NCBI GenBank assembly: GCA_965235115.1
Contig: OZ249436.1
Location: forward strand, 23,376,001-23,440,000
Origin: Laetmonice hystrix
Taxonomy: Eukaryota
Length of the DNA: 64,000 nt
Reading direction: 5' to 3'
The position numbers were made by a program, and so were the translations under genes. Below the pieces are notes generated by a model. That model was not told the DNA's origin, searched no databases, and saw only the letters and a list, made by a program, of their open reading frames with translations. Shown in pieces: positions 61,501 through 64,000 of this stretch. Position 1 is the first letter of the stretch, and each line of letters opens with the position of its first letter.

Positions 61501-64000
61501 TAAGTAGAAGTTAGGCTAAGTGAACATATACGTCTAAAAACATTGGAATGTCAGTTAATTTTTGCCTCATTTAGGCATAAGATTCCCACATTATGAAAGG
61601 TCCGACATTTGGTGGGTGGGGTTCGAGCGAGCACCAAAGGCAAAGGCATGAATCCCTTCTAGGAGGTCCGGGAGCTTCCTAGGCTACTCGGAAAACTTTT
61701 AAAGATTTTGAAAATAAAGGTGCGATTTGGTTATATCTGGCGCATTTTAGAGCAATAAAAAGCAAACCATATGTTTGCACTCAGCCAAATTTCTAAGGGG
61801 ACTGGAGTGATACGCAAACATTTTCTTCCACCCTCAGTTCCCACATCCATGACCCGCAGAGCTGGTTCACTTTGAACAGAAGATCCAGGTATTTGGATGT
61901 TCTATAAGTGAAGAAAAATACTAATCCCCTGGCGCTACAGCCATGAACCAATGGAAGGGTCGGATTGGAGGATTATCATTGCCGCCAGCAGCCCCCCCCC
62001 CCCCCCCCCATAAAAACAAATCCGGACAAATCCCATGCCTAATATAGTAATGAGTTACTATCCAAAATTACGCTAATTTCGCTTGTAATGAATTTGTACA
62101 TGAACGCGAATCCATGTTCAACAAATTCATTGAGGCCGGAATCGCAATTTTAAACACCCAGATAAAAGCTCCAAGTGCATTTACATATTCGTCTTATCAA
62201 TTTTATGTTAATTATGCTAATTAAGCATGCAAACAATATACAAATGAGTCTGAAGATACGTTTAATCAAATCCTTGGGGTCGAAAACATAGATTTAGACA
62301 CAAAAATTGGGATTCTATGTTGATTTATAGGGAATCTATGATATATTCCTTTTTTGGGCGACCAGTAGGCCTCTGCTAATTAGGCTAATTACACTAATAC
62401 TATCCAAAATTATGCAAATTTCGCTTGTAATCACTTTGTACATGGACTTGAAACCATGTTTAACATTTTCATTTAGGCCGTAAATGCAGTTTTAAGCACC
62501 CTGATAAAAGCTCCAAGTGCATTTACATAGACTTTATCAATTTCATGTTAATTATGCTAATTAAGCATGCAAACAATATACAAATGAGTCTGAAGACACG
62601 TTTAATCAAATCCTTGGGGTCGAAAATGTAGATTTCGACACCAAAATTGTGATTCTACGTTGATTTACAGGGAATCTGTGATATGTTCCTTTTTCGGGCA
62701 GTCACTAGTTTGATGCTAATTAGGCTAATTACACTAATACTATCCGAAATTATGCTAATTTCGCTTGTGATAACTTTGTACATGAGCTTGAAACAGTGTT
62801 CACCAATTTCATTTAGGCTGGAAACACAGTTTTAAGAACCCAGATATAACTTCCACGTGCATTTACGTAGAATTTACCATTTGTTTTATCAATTTTATAT
62901 TAATTATGCTAATTAGGCTTTCAAATAATTAGCAAATGGGTCTAGAAATATGTTTAATGAATTCCTTAATTGCTACCGAAAACATAGATTTAGACACCAG
63001 AAATGTGACTCAAAGTCCATTTATAGGGAATCTATGATATATGCCTTTTTCGGGCTAATTAAGCTAATTACACTAATTGCCCAACATATACAAATTAGCA
63101 TGCGGCGGTTTTTGAGTCCCCACACATCATAGATTACATTTCCATCAAAATACCTTTGGGTACTCAACATTTCTGGGTTCACTATTGGCCATATAGGGCT
63201 GGCTACTAGACTACTTAGGGGTCGGGTTTGTTACCCACTCAGCTATTAAAACACACAGCTGAAGACGTACGAAGGTCCTATCTAGAATAGGCGAATGACG
63301 TTATGACTCCAACAAGTGACGTCACAGGAGAAAATTTTCATAAATTTGGCTTATCATCCCACCCTCTTTAAGCACTACAATTCTCATTAAGATCTGTTGA
63401 AAACTGCCAGAGATATGACTGCTTTCTGGTAAACTGACCATAGGCCTACATTCAAACTTTGATGTCACGTGACTCCGTTAAAATATGTCATATCGCTAAA
63501 TCCATGCTACAACTTCTGTGGATATCTAGGAGCAACCATTCTATGCAATTTGGCCCTCATTTAAAGAAAGCTACTTCAAAATGGTAGATTTATGTGAGAG
63601 ATGACCTGTGAGCCAGTTCTTAAGAAGGTCAAAGGTCATCAGTGAAACTTTGGTAAACAAAGTACATGTATTAAGGACCCATCCTTTTTTCTACTATATG
63701 AGAGATAGTTGCCCTGTTGGTATTTCTTTGGTCTCCGAAGAACATTTTTATAAATTTGGCTCAACATCCCACCTGTTTTAAACCCAAATAGTTTCATAAA
63801 GATCTCTTGAAAACTGCAAGCGATATGACTGATTTCTGGTAAAATGGCCATAGAACCCATCTTTTAGGTCATATGACTGACCATCAAATTGAAAGAGATA
63901 ATATAGGCCTACGGTAGCTCAAGAGTTGTCCTAAATATGAAAATTTGCATTTTGACGTTTTGAATACGGAAAATGTCACATAAAAATACTTTCCCTTAGA

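Larger units (their letters stand above)
58453..63213. mobile_element. Fold-back (palindromic) non-autonomous derivative of an Academ/XPG-type DNA transposon, CTT TSD
   Basis: Termini TAGTCTAGTAGCCAG / CTGGCTACTAGACTA. CTT at 58450-58452 and 63214-63216. The arms are long diverged inverted copies with sub-terminal tandem repeats. Confidence 0.82.

Overview
This is repeat-dense eukaryotic DNA that looks like a marine invertebrate genome (spliceosomal introns, Helentron-type repeats, LINE relics). I found no prokaryotic features and no CRISPR array. The main element is a near-intact, young, env-bearing Ty3/Gypsy LTR retroelement on the minus strand (45482-58222). It has ~1153-bp near-identical LTRs with non-canonical TATCG...CGATA ends, a probable ATAT target-site duplication (TSD), gag and pol in one frame separated by a single UGA, and an F-like env split by a self-nested PIF/Harbinger-type MITE. 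Removing that MITE restores an ~820-aa open frame. Next to it is a 4.8-kb fold-back element derived from an Academ (XPG) transposon. Other contents: a spliced SWIM-finger gene running off the left edge, relics of DIRS/Ngaro, Tx1/L1, RTEX-like and CR1/L2 elements, a head-to-tail Helentron-like concatemer, Ginger-, EnSpm-, hAT- and Crypton-like non-autonomous elements, and a 34-bp minisatellite repeatedly interrupted at the same position by a tRNA-like element. All family assignments come from motif recognition by eye; no database search was run.
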